Positions 25,419-34,207 of a DNA stretch of 36,595 nucleotides are shown piece after piece; the stretch's first letter is position 1; the number at the start of each line of letters is the position of its first letter. Position numbers and translations under genes: made by a program. The notes beneath the pieces were generated by a model. That model was not told where the DNA came from. It saw nothing but the letters and a program-made list of their open reading frames with translations, and did not search any database. This DNA is from Bacteroidales bacterium (GTDB lineage: Bacteria; Bacteroidota; Bacteroidia; Bacteroidales; WCHB1-69). The DNA lies in the NCBI GenBank assembly GCA_016290715.1, contig JAEEUY010000094.1:1-36595 (forward strand), written 5' to 3'.

Positions 25419-28022
25419 ATGAAAAAACTTAAATGGCTTACAACTACTCTATTAGTGTATTTTCCACTCTTTCTTTTTTCACAATTTTATGATGATTTTT
25501 CGGATGGGAATTTCTCTGATAATCCTATTTGGAGTGGAGATACTGGTAAATTTATGGTGAATGAACAAAAACAATTGCAATTATGGGACAATGGAGGCGG
25601 AGTCGCACAATTGTCGCTGAATAGTGGCTGGGATGAAACCCCAACAGAATGGCGAATAAGTGTGAAAATGTCTTTCGCCCCATCCGATCGCAATTATGCA
25701 TGTATTTATCTTTGCGCAAATAGTGCTGATTTTCAGTCGGATAGTCTGAAAGGATTTTTTCTCAAAATGGGAGAGTCGGGAGCAGGGGATGTCGTTGAAC
25801 TTTTTTATCAGGAAAATGGTCAGTGTTTTTCGGTCTTTCGCGGGGTAACGTCTATCGCTGCAGCGTTTTCTTATAATATAAAGGTAACGAAAGATGCTAC
25901 GAATTTATGGCGTTTATATATTGATGCATATCAAAATGGTGCGTATCAAGAGGAAGCAAGTGCGTATGGTTATTTTAATGCTTCTGATTATCAATATTTT
26001 GGAATAAAGTGCTGTTATACTTCCACCAATGCCAACCGTTTCTTTTTCGATAATATCTATAGTGGACCACCATGTATAGATACAATTCTCCCTCATTTGC
26101 AAACGTTGGACGCGTCAGATGAGGGTAAATTATTGCTCATCTTTGATAAAGCGATGGATTCTTCTTTGACATTTACAGAAAATTTTGTACTTGTGAATGA
26201 ACAAGTTTCCCCGATTTTTTGTGAATGGGGAAGGGCGACTGCCGATAGGGTGGTGCTCTATTTTGATACGATTTTTCAGGAAAGAGTGCCGTATGAACTT
26301 CTGATAAGAGATTTGTATTCGTGGAATGGCTTGCCGATGCACGATACCACCGCTCATTTTTGCAATTATCATATTTGCAGAAATGAAATAATTGTCAGTG
26401 AATTGATGGCCGTTCCGAATCCCCCTGTGCAACTTCCCGCCTGCGAATACATAGAACTGTTTAATCGATTGCCATTGGATGTTGCCCTGTCGCATTGGAC
26501 GCTTCGAATAGGAAATGCGGTCAAGTATTTACCTGACATTTTTTTGCCCCCTCGCTCAGCAGTATGCATTGTTCCTGCCAATTATCAAAATGATTTTATG
26601 GGTGTGCCCAATGTGGTTGCCGTATCATCCTTGGGAATCGCTGATGAAGAGCAGGTGTTGTCGTTGTATGATGCAGAGGAAAAGCTTATTTACCACTTGC
26701 ACGCAGATAGAAAGTGGCATACCCATAGTTTAAAGCGCTTAGGGGGATGGTCTTTGGAAATCATGGATGTGGATAATCCTTGTGGTGGTAAGGAAAATTG
26801 GGCTTCGAGTGAAGATGTCCGTGGGGGAACGCCGGGAATGCCCAATTCCGTTGCAGCTGAAAATCACGATTGGGGCTCTCCTGTATTGGAAAAAATTGTG
26901 GTACAAGATGAAAAAAATATCCGTGTTTTTTTTGATGAACCTCTTTATGTTTCCGAGGATACATTAAATCCTATGTTTTTTTCCATAGATCGTGGAATAG
27001 TGTGTGTATCTGCCAAACCGATTCCGCCTGATTATAAAAGTATTCTTTTGACATTGTCGGAAGATTTGGAACAAAATCTTATTTATACATTGACAATCAA
27101 TGGTTTGGTGGAAGATTGTGTGGGTAATATGATGCATCAGGGACTGTTCGGTGAATTTGCTTTGCCGAATCAGCCTGTTTCTAACGATATTATAATTAAT
27201 GAGTTGCTGTTCAATTCTTTTGAATCAACAGATGCTCCCTATATTGAATTGTATAACCGTTCAGATAAGGTAATTGATATAGGGAATCTCTATTTGGGTG
27301 TTGGGAATGGGGACTATCCTAAAAGTGTGGTGCCTATGGTGGAAGATGGATGGCAATTGTTTCCTAAACAATATGTAGCTATTTGTAAGGACAAATCATT
27401 AACAGAAACCCAATATATTGTTCAAAATCCGAAATCGTTGGTTGAAAATTCCAAATTTCCTGTTTTGCCGAATAGTGGAGGTACTGTGCACATTCTGACA
27501 CCTTCGTACGAACACATCGATCGGTTGATCTACGACGAGAAGATGCACTATAGCTTGTTGCAGTCGGTGGATGGGGTCTCTTTAGAACGATTGCACTTTG
27601 ATTCTCCTACGCAGGAGAGTTCCAATTGGAAATCTGCAGCAGGAAGTGCGGGGTGGGGGACCCCTGGCTATCTTAATTCCCAATTCTCAGAATTGGCTTC
27701 TGCTGACGAAATTGTACAAGTGGTTCCGCCTCTTTTTTCACCCGATAACGACGGGTTCGATGATTATGTGGAAATATATTGCTCTTTTACAGAGGCAGAA
27801 AACAGGGTTTCAATCGCCATTTATGATCCCCAAGGATATAGGATTAAAGTGCTTTCTAATAATCAGATATGTGGAATGCAAGAGCGATTTGTCTGGGATG
27901 GTATGGCGGATAATGGGAGCGCCGTCGCCAACAATCTCTATGTTGTTAAAATTGACTGGTGGAATAAAAATGGCAAACACCGTTCCATAAAAAGGTGTGT
28001 GGCGTTGGCGAGAAGATTATGA
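25419..28022 (+). CDS. Secreted lamin-tail-domain (LTD) protein with two Ig-like+LTD modules and a gliding-motility/T9SS type-B-like C-terminal domain
   Basis: Signal peptide. Two modules: IIVSELM...EYIELFNR...SLE...NW...GTPG.NS and IIINELL...YIELYNRS...SLER...NW...GTPG.NS. C-terminus FSPDNDGFDD...IYDPQG...WDG...LYVV. Confidence 0.82.
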   Translation: MKKLKWLTTTLLVYFPLFLFSQFYDDFSDGNFSDNPIWSGDTGKFMVNEQKQLQLWDNGGGVAQLSLNSGWDETPTEWRISVKMSFAPSDRNYACIYLCANSADFQSDSLKGFFLKMGESGAGDVVELFYQENGQCFSVFRGVTSIAAAFSYNIKVTKDATNLWRLYIDAYQNGAYQEEASAYGYFNASDYQYFGIKCCYTSTNANRFFFDNIYSGPPCIDTILPHLQTLDASDEGKLLLIFDKAMDSSLTFTENFVLVNEQVSPIFCEWGRATADRVVLYFDTIFQERVPYELLIRDLYSWNGLPMHDTTAHFCNYHICRNEIIVSELMAVPNPPVQLPACEYIELFNRLPLDVALSHWTLRIGNAVKYLPDIFLPPRSAVCIVPANYQNDFMGVPNVVAVSSLGIADEEQVLSLYDAEEKLIYHLHADRKWHTHSLKRLGGWSLEIMDVDNPCGGKENWASSEDVRGGTPGMPNSVAAENHDWGSPVLEKIVVQDEKNIRVFFDEPLYVSEDTLNPMFFSIDRGIVCVSAKPIPPDYKSILLTLSEDLEQNLIYTLTINGLVEDCVGNMMHQGLFGEFALPNQPVSNDIIINELLFNSFESTDAPYIELYNRSDKVIDIGNLYLGVGNGDYPKSVVPMVEDGWQLFPKQYVAICKDKSLTETQYIVQNPKSLVENSKFPVLPNSGGTVHILTPSYEHIDRLIYDEKMHYSLLQSVDGVSLERLHFDSPTQESSNWKSAAGSAGWGTPGYLNSQFSELASADEIVQVVPPLFSPDNDGFDDYVEIYCSFTEAENRVSIAIYDPQGYRIKVLSNNQICGMQERFVWDGMADNGSAVANNLYVVKIDWWNKNGKHRSIKRCVALARRL

Positions 28023-28925
28023 TGCCTCCACTTCCCTTTGTTTGTAAGCATAAAAGAGGAAGATGGCAGTAAGTAAAACCCCACTAATCATGGCAATAAT
28101 AGTGATGGCTGTATTGCCCTCTTGAAAGTAAAAATCACTCTCATCGTAAAGAGCCCCTGAATTTTGGAAGGCAGCGATGGCGGATAAGGCATTGTTAAAA
28201 AAATGGGCGACAATGGGAACCCACAACGAACGGCTCCATACAAAGAGATACCCCAAATAGGCGCCTAAAACCAAACGCGCTAGAAATCCACTGAACTGGA
28301 AGTGTATCGTACTAAAGATAAATGCGGTAACCCAAATGGCAATGTGTTCGCTTTTGAACCATTCCCTGAAAAAATTCTGAAGTGTTCCACGGAAAAAAAA
28401 TTCTTCACAAATAGCGGGAAAAATAGCGCAAACCAGTAGGTTTAGAAATAGACCATGCCACGTGGTATCAGAAAAAATAATCTCTAAAATGCGGTTGCTG
28501 CTCTCTTCCATATCAGCAAACATTTGTGCGATATTTCCTGGCAAGGGAATTAGTTCGTTGCATTTGATCAAAAGTGCGATACAAGGAATGAGCGTGAAGC
28601 ATAAGATGAAAGCATATACAAAAAAAACTTTCTTTTGGGGAAGCCGTCCGGACAATGAATAAGAGAAGCATTGGCATTGCTTGCAATAAGAAAATAATAA
28701 TGCAGGAATGAAAAAAGTGCCAATCGCCGACAAACCCTGTACCAATCGTAAACCATGAGGTGTCTGGAAGTCGCCTTCACCAATAAAAAAATGAGTTAAA
28801 AAAACTGAAAAAGCGCTGAAAACAATCATTCCGGCTACAACAAGAAATAGCAAGAATAGCAACTGGACAAAATACTTTTTATCTTGTAAGAAAGGGGTTT
28901 TGGAAAATAATAATCTATTGTTCAT
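28017..28925 (-). CDS. CPBP (Rce1/Abi/CAAX-like) intramembrane glutamic endopeptidase
   Basis: EEFFFRG, FSTIH and AHFFNN motifs in a multi-TM protein. Confidence 0.93.
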   Translation of the reverse strand: MNNRLLFSKTPFLQDKKYFVQLLFLLFLVVAGMIVFSAFSVFLTHFFIGEGDFQTPHGLRLVQGLSAIGTFFIPALLFSYCKQCQCFSYSLSGRLPQKKVFFVYAFILCFTLIPCIALLIKCNELIPLPGNIAQMFADMEESSNRILEIIFSDTTWHGLFLNLLVCAIFPAICEEFFFRGTLQNFFREWFKSEHIAIWVTAFIFSTIHFQFSGFLARLVLGAYLGYLFVWSRSLWVPIVAHFFNNALSAIAAFQNSGALYDESDFYFQEGNTAITIIAMISGVLLTAIFLFYAYKQREVEAS

Positions 28926-30945
28926 TAATTAAAAATACGGTTCTACGATTCTTGGCTCTTCCTGCTTCGGTGGCATTGCTGGCAATGGGTTTGCTCTCGC
29001 CGTACCCTTTGTAAGTCATGCGGTTTTTTGGTATCCCTTTTGTTATTAGGTAGTTATAAACGGCTTCTGCACGATGTTCGGAAAGAATAAGGTTGGTTTG
29101 GTCGTTGCCGACATCATCGGTATGTCCTTGTATCTCCACCTTGATGGTCGGATTGTTTTTTAAAAATTCAGCAAAGAAATCAACTATTTTTTCTGAAGTG
29201 GGGGTAAGGGTGAATGAGTTGGTCTTAAAATAAATATCATGCAAATCACAGATTTTCCCCACTTCTATTTTCTTTACTTCGGCATTAGAGGTGATGACGT
29301 TTTGGTCAGACTCTGCAGGGATGGTGAGCATTTTGGTGTCATAAGCATATCCCTCTTGTTTGATGTTAACAATGAGATTTTGCTCTTTTTCTGCCACCAC
29401 TTCGGTGGCTAAGGCATATTGCCCTGTGTTTTCATTTGCTTTGGTGGTACTGATGATGTTGGCGTTTTCATCGCGTAACTCAACTACCGCTTCAACTCGC
29501 TCTTTGTCATCGGTTGAAACAGTTCCTTTTACAATCATCATACTTTTCGGCCGGGCCGCTTCATATAACTCAAAACGATAAATATTCCAATCTTTCATCT
29601 CCAAGTTATTAGACGAAAAATAGGCTGTCTGACCATTCAGGCTAACAAAAAAATCCACTTCATCATTTTCAGAATTAATAGGATAGCCGATGTTGACAGG
29701 TTTTGACCATGTGCCTTTCTCCGTCATCTTTGAATAGAAAATATCTTGTCCGCCCATACCATCGTGTCCGGAGGAAGAAAAATAGAGTGTTTTGCTGTCC
29801 GTGTGCAGGAAAGGAGAGCGCTCATTTCCTTTGGTATTGATAGTAGCCCCCAAATTGACGGGATTTTGCCAATTTCCATTGGCATCACGTTCACTCATCC
29901 ATATATCTGTCCCGCCGTAACTTCCGTTGGCACGATCACTGGCAAAAAACAGGACATTGCCGTCGGAACTTAAAGAGGGTTGTGATTCCCATGAATCAGG
30001 ACGATTGATTTTGTCGCCCAAAGAACGGGGATCTGACCAGTCGCTCCCATCAAAAGTGGCATAATACAAATCGTAATTGGGATACATATACTCTTTGTTA
30101 GTGGTGGGATCTTTCAGTTTCACTTCTGTCATTTTGGCAAAAATAAGCAAGTCATTCGACAAATTAATCGTTGGACTTCCTTCGTTGCTTGACTCATTGA
30201 AAGGATAGGGAAGTGGCTGCCCGACTCCGTAGCCGCCCAAAGTATTGCGTTGGCTGTAGGAAAATAACTCTTTGTCAATGGTAACGGTGCCAAATTGCTG
30301 TTTTTCTTGAACGGGTTGGCGGCGGGTAAAATAGAAAAACTCCCCATCGGGTGATAAGGTTGCCAAATACTCATCGTTTTCCGTTGAAATGCCCTCTATA
30401 GCGTGTGGCTCAAATGGTACAGGATTATTCAAAAGCTGGTCAAAGAATTTGGATTTGCTTATAATCATTTCCGCCTCTTCAATATCACTGATCTCTTTCA
30501 CCAAATCAGGATTTTCAATCAACACTTTGGCATGCTTGATGGCAGAGGCAAAATCTTCTGTAAGGTAGGCCACTCTGGCGGCATAAAGGTGTATTTTGAT
30601 GCGGTGATAGGGGCATACAGCATACATCCGGTCGGCAGCGTCAATAATCACTTTGGCATCTTGTTTTCGTTCTATGTATAAGTTATTTAGTTCGATAGGC
30701 AGATAGTAACTTAGCGCTAAATAATAATTTGCTTCCAAATGTTCGGGATAGGCATCTAAAATATCCCGATAAATCGCATTGGCATCCGCCTTTTTCCCGT
30801 GAATTTGCAAATCACGCGCTTTTTTGAAATTCTTTTCAGTCTGTTTATCAAATTTTTGAACACACGGATCCCCTTCATCTTGTGCAAATGAAGGCGTGAT
30901 AATAAAGCAAAATAATAGCCCTAATATTATTGTTAACCGCTTCAT
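28915..30945 (-). CDS. OmpA-family protein with TPR, PD40 beta-propeller, carboxypeptidase-regulatory-like and OmpA_C domains (PorE-like)
   Basis: Helical TPR-like N-terminus; repeated SPDGEFFYF, PSLSSDGNVLFFASDR and SPFLHTDSKTLYFSS; OmpA motifs IQGHTDDVG, LSEHRAEAV, GYGESKP, RAKNRR. Confidence 0.9.
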   Translation of the reverse strand: MKRLTIILGLLFCFIITPSFAQDEGDPCVQKFDKQTEKNFKKARDLQIHGKKADANAIYRDILDAYPEHLEANYYLALSYYLPIELNNLYIERKQDAKVIIDAADRMYAVCPYHRIKIHLYAARVAYLTEDFASAIKHAKVLIENPDLVKEISDIEEAEMIISKSKFFDQLLNNPVPFEPHAIEGISTENDEYLATLSPDGEFFYFTRRQPVQEKQQFGTVTIDKELFSYSQRNTLGGYGVGQPLPYPFNESSNEGSPTINLSNDLLIFAKMTEVKLKDPTTNKEYMYPNYDLYYATFDGSDWSDPRSLGDKINRPDSWESQPSLSSDGNVLFFASDRANGSYGGTDIWMSERDANGNWQNPVNLGATINTKGNERSPFLHTDSKTLYFSSSGHDGMGGQDIFYSKMTEKGTWSKPVNIGYPINSENDEVDFFVSLNGQTAYFSSNNLEMKDWNIYRFELYEAARPKSMMIVKGTVSTDDKERVEAVVELRDENANIISTTKANENTGQYALATEVVAEKEQNLIVNIKQEGYAYDTKMLTIPAESDQNVITSNAEVKKIEVGKICDLHDIYFKTNSFTLTPTSEKIVDFFAEFLKNNPTIKVEIQGHTDDVGNDQTNLILSEHRAEAVYNYLITKGIPKNRMTYKGYGESKPIASNATEAGRAKNRRTVFLINEQ

Positions 30946-30963
30946 TATAAATAAGTTGTTTTT

Positions 30964-31689
30964 TTATCTTAAAGTAAGTGCGTGGAATAATTCTTCAATA
31001 GAGTGGTCTTTCATTCCCCTCCGTTCGGCATCAGCACGAAGTTCGTTTAAAGTGGCATCGGCTACAATTTCTCCCTTGTTGATGATGATTGCCCGATCGC
31101 ACATGGCCTCCACTTCCTGCATGATATGAGTGGATAATAATACGGTTTTGGTTTTTCCACACCGGCGAATCAAATCACGAATCTCAACCAATTGGTTAGG
31201 GTCAAGACCTGAAGTGGGTTCGTCTAAAATAAGTACTTCAGGGTCGGCGATAAGTGCTTGTGCTATCCCCACACGCTGTTTGTACCCTTTCGATAGCAAG
31301 CCGATTTTTTTGTGCATCTCTGGTACAAGTCCAATCTCTTCAATAATTGCTGATACTCTCTGTTTTTTATTGGGGATTTTATGAATGCCAGCAATAAAAT
31401 CAAGAAATTCGGTAACATACATATCAACGTATAACGGATTTTGCTCAGAAAGGTAACCAATTTTTTTTCGTAGATTTAAGGAGTCGTTCCAAATATCTAA
31501 TCCACAAACAGATACATCTCCAGCAGTGGGTGGTTGATAACAAGTGATAATTTTCATCATGGTGGATTTTCCTGCCCCATTAGGACCTAAAAAGCCGACA
31601 ATTTCACCTTGTTTTACTTCGAAACTAACATTTTTTAACGCCCATTGCGTCCCAAACTGTTTTGATACGTTCTTGACAATAATTGACAT
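30964..31689 (-). CDS. ABC transporter ATP-binding protein, GldA-like
   Basis: GFLGPNGAGKST, signature LSKGYKQRVGIAQAL, ILDEPTSGLDPNQLVEIR, LSTHIMQEVEA. Start at MSIIVK (31689). Confidence 0.88.
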   Translation of the reverse strand: MSIIVKNVSKQFGTQWALKNVSFEVKQGEIVGFLGPNGAGKSTMMKIITCYQPPTAGDVSVCGLDIWNDSLNLRKKIGYLSEQNPLYVDMYVTEFLDFIAGIHKIPNKKQRVSAIIEEIGLVPEMHKKIGLLSKGYKQRVGIAQALIADPEVLILDEPTSGLDPNQLVEIRDLIRRCGKTKTVLLSTHIMQEVEAMCDRAIIINKGEIVADATLNELRADAERRGMKDHSIEELFHALTLR

Positions 31690-31706
31690 TCTACCAAATT
31701 TTTCCG

Positions 31707-31714
31707 CAAAAGTA
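31707..31714 (-). promoter_or_regulatory. -7 element for the GldA-like operon
   Basis: Minus strand reads TACTTTTG, 17 nt upstream of ATG 31689. Confidence 0.65.
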
Positions 31715-31853
31715 CATATTTTTTGAGAAGAAAAGGGGCTCTCCACTTGAAATTGTTGCATATTTTTTTCGAAAAAATCACCATAAGGGAATCTTCATTA
31801 TTTTTTTTTGAAGAAATTTAATGCGAAAAAAGATTCGTTCCATTGAAAAACAT

Positions 31854-31861
31854 TATTTTTG
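31854..31861 (+). promoter_or_regulatory. -7 element for the ammonia-lyase operon
   Basis: TATTTTTG lies about 75 nt upstream of ATG 31936. Confidence 0.6.
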
Positions 31862-31935
31862 CAAACTTTAGGAGAAAAAAGAAAAGAAATTAAGGAGATA
31901 TATAACATACTGTTAATAAATAATTTATCGTAATT

Positions 31936-33444
31936 ATGCGAATAAAAGAAATTGAAGAAATTCTTTTTGAAAATAAAAAATTGGTCATTGATGGTGAAGT
32001 TCAGCGTCGTGTGGAAGAGAGTTATCATTTTTTGAAGGAATTTTCTAAAGACAAAGTAATTTATGGTATCAATACGGGTTTTGGGCCTATGGCGCAATAT
32101 CGTGTTTCAGATGAGGATTTGCTGTCATTACAATACAATATAATACGCAGTCATTCTACGGGGGCGGGAGAGCCATTTGGAGACAAATACGTTAAAGCGG
32201 CTATGATTTCGCGCTTTCAAACCTTTGCCCGAGGGAAATCGGGGGTGCATTTGAGTGTTTTGAAACTGTTGGCGGCTTTTATTAACCACGATGTTTACCC
32301 GTTTATTCCACAGCATGGCAGTGTGGGTGCCAGTGGCGATCTTGTCCAATTAGCCCATCTTGCCCTGACGCTCATTGGTGAAGGTAAAGTGAACTATCAA
32401 GGGAAGTGGCAGCCTACGATGGAAGTGCTGCGCCAATTGGATTTGCAACCGCTACAACCGTTTATTCGTGAGGGGCTGGCGCTGACCAATGGTACCGCCA
32501 TGATGACGGGTGTTGGAATTGTCAACCTGCATTATGCGAAAAAATTACTCTATTTGGCGACCATTGCCTCGGTGATGATTAATGAAATTGTAGCCTCTTA
32601 CGATGATTTCCTCGCATCAGAACTAAATGATTTGAAAGGTCATGAAGGCCAGATGCGTATTGCCCAATGGATGAGTAATTTATCATCAGATAGTCGCCGC
32701 TTGTTGAAGAGAGAGGTGGAAATGTATCATCCGCATCAAGAAGCTATTTTTAAGCATAAGGTGCAGCCATTCTACTCCTTGCGCTGTACTCCGCAGATTT
32801 TGGGACCTATTTGGGAAACCTTGCACTTCTCTGAACGAATTTTGGAAGAGGAGTTGAATGCCGTGGATGACAATCCTATTGTGGATATAGAAACGAAAAC
32901 AGTATATCACGGCGGCAATTTCCATGGCGATTATGTCTCTTTTGAAATGGATAAAATGAAAATTGCTATAACGAAATTGACTATGTTAATGGAGCGTCAA
33001 TTTAATTATTTGTGTCATGATAAAATTAATGAATTGTTGCCTCCGTTCCTTAATTTGGGAAAATTAGGATTGGATTATGGCGTGCAGGCTATGCAATTTA
33101 CGGCAACTTCCACCACCGCCGAAAATCAAACCTTATCAAATCCGATGTATGTTCACAGCATACCCAATAATAACGACAATCAAGATGTGGTGAGCATGGG
33201 AACCAATTCTGCTATTCTTGCCAAAAGAGTGATTGATAATGCCTACCAAGTGATGGCAATACATTACATCGGGTTGGCACAAGCGATAGATTGTCTGGAT
33301 ATTAAGGATAAAATGTCTTCAGTCGGTCAAAAGATATACTCCTCTATTCGCGAAATAGTGCCTGTAATTGAAAAAGACACCCCACACTATGAAGAAATAG
33401 AAGCAGTTATAAATTTTTTAAAGGATTATAAAACAGATTTTTAG
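31936..33444 (+). CDS. Aromatic amino acid ammonia-lyase (HAL/PAL/TAL family), flexirubin/aryl-polyene starter-unit type, probably TAL
   Basis: YGINTGFG, MIO-forming GASGDL, EGLALTNGT, YSLRC.PQ, HGGNFHG, NQDVVSMG. From memory it closely resembles Flavobacterium TAL, and it is clustered with KR/KS/ACP genes. Confidence 0.92.
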   Translation: MRIKEIEEILFENKKLVIDGEVQRRVEESYHFLKEFSKDKVIYGINTGFGPMAQYRVSDEDLLSLQYNIIRSHSTGAGEPFGDKYVKAAMISRFQTFARGKSGVHLSVLKLLAAFINHDVYPFIPQHGSVGASGDLVQLAHLALTLIGEGKVNYQGKWQPTMEVLRQLDLQPLQPFIREGLALTNGTAMMTGVGIVNLHYAKKLLYLATIASVMINEIVASYDDFLASELNDLKGHEGQMRIAQWMSNLSSDSRRLLKREVEMYHPHQEAIFKHKVQPFYSLRCTPQILGPIWETLHFSERILEEELNAVDDNPIVDIETKTVYHGGNFHGDYVSFEMDKMKIAITKLTMLMERQFNYLCHDKINELLPPFLNLGKLGLDYGVQAMQFTATSTTAENQTLSNPMYVHSIPNNNDNQDVVSMGTNSAILAKRVIDNAYQVMAIHYIGLAQAIDCLDIKDKMSSVGQKIYSSIREIVPVIEKDTPHYEEIEAVINFLKDYKTDF

Positions 33445-33445
33445 T

Positions 33446-34174
33446 ATGGAATATGCACTTGTAACAGGTGGTTCACGGGGCATAGGAAGAGCTATCTGCC
33501 TGCGGTTGGCGGAAATGGGATTCCCTGTTTTGATTAACTATGCACATAATGAAGCTGCCGCTTTGGAAACCCAAAAAATGGTTGAAGACAAAGGAGGAAA
33601 GGCAGAATTGCTTCCCTTTGATGTCTCCGATGTTGGTGCCATAGAGAAGGCACTGGAACAATGGCAGGACCGGCATACTGAAGATTTTGTTTCGGTATTG
33701 GTGAATAATGCGGGTATCCGTCAAGATACGATGATGATTTTTATGCAAAATGAACAATGGAATGATGTCTTAAAAACCAGCTTGGACGGATTTTTTTATG
33801 TTACCCGCTACCTGCTCAAAGGGATGATTATGCATCGTAAGGGGAGAATTATCAATATGGTATCGTTGTCGGGAATCAAAGGACTGCCAGGGCAGGTTAA
33901 TTATTCGGCTGCGAAGGCAGCGTTGATTGGCGCTACAAAAGCGCTTGCCCAAGAGATCGCCTCTCGCAAAATTACGGTGAATGCCGTTGCCCCAGGTTTT
34001 ATCGCCACCGATATGACCAAAGATTTGGATGAGGACTCTCTCAAAAAGATGATTCCGGTGGGACGCTTCGGTCAACCGGAGGAAGTGGCGGCGTTGGTTG
34101 GTTTTTTGGCCTCTCCGCAGTCGGCTTATATAACTGGCGAGGTGATTTCCATTAATGGAGGACTTTATACATAA
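33446..34174 (+). CDS. fabG: 3-oxoacyl-ACP reductase (cluster-associated FabG-like ketoreductase)
   Basis: TGGSRGIG, LVNNAG, NYSAAK (YxxxK), VNAVAPGFI. Confidence 0.93.
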   Translation: MEYALVTGGSRGIGRAICLRLAEMGFPVLINYAHNEAAALETQKMVEDKGGKAELLPFDVSDVGAIEKALEQWQDRHTEDFVSVLVNNAGIRQDTMMIFMQNEQWNDVLKTSLDGFFYVTRYLLKGMIMHRKGRIINMVSLSGIKGLPGQVNYSAAKAALIGATKALAQEIASRKITVNAVAPGFIATDMTKDLDEDSLKKMIPVGRFGQPEEVAALVGFLASPQSAYITGEVISINGGLYT

Positions 34175-34207
34175 CATAATTGTAAATTTAAAAAATAATT
34201 AATAGTA

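Noticed and set aside
28017-28925. CPBP ('Abi') gene as an anti-phage or bacteriocin immunity system
   Set aside because: The Abi name of this family is historical, and there are no bacteriocin or defence genes nearby.
31886-31912. TTAAGGAGATATATAACAT resembling the T7 gene 10/pET ribosome binding site
   Set aside because: No start codon lies at a suitable distance (the TAL ATG is about 40 nt away) and there is no other vector sequence, so a chance match is likely.
31798-32097. 99-aa minus-strand ORF spanning the gldA-like/TAL intergenic region
   Set aside because: It has low-complexity F/K/N composition from AT-rich DNA and overlaps the TAL gene and its promoter.
31936-33444. Histidine utilisation (hutH) locus
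   Set aside because: No hutU/hutI/hutG is adjacent, and the context is KR-KS-ACP.
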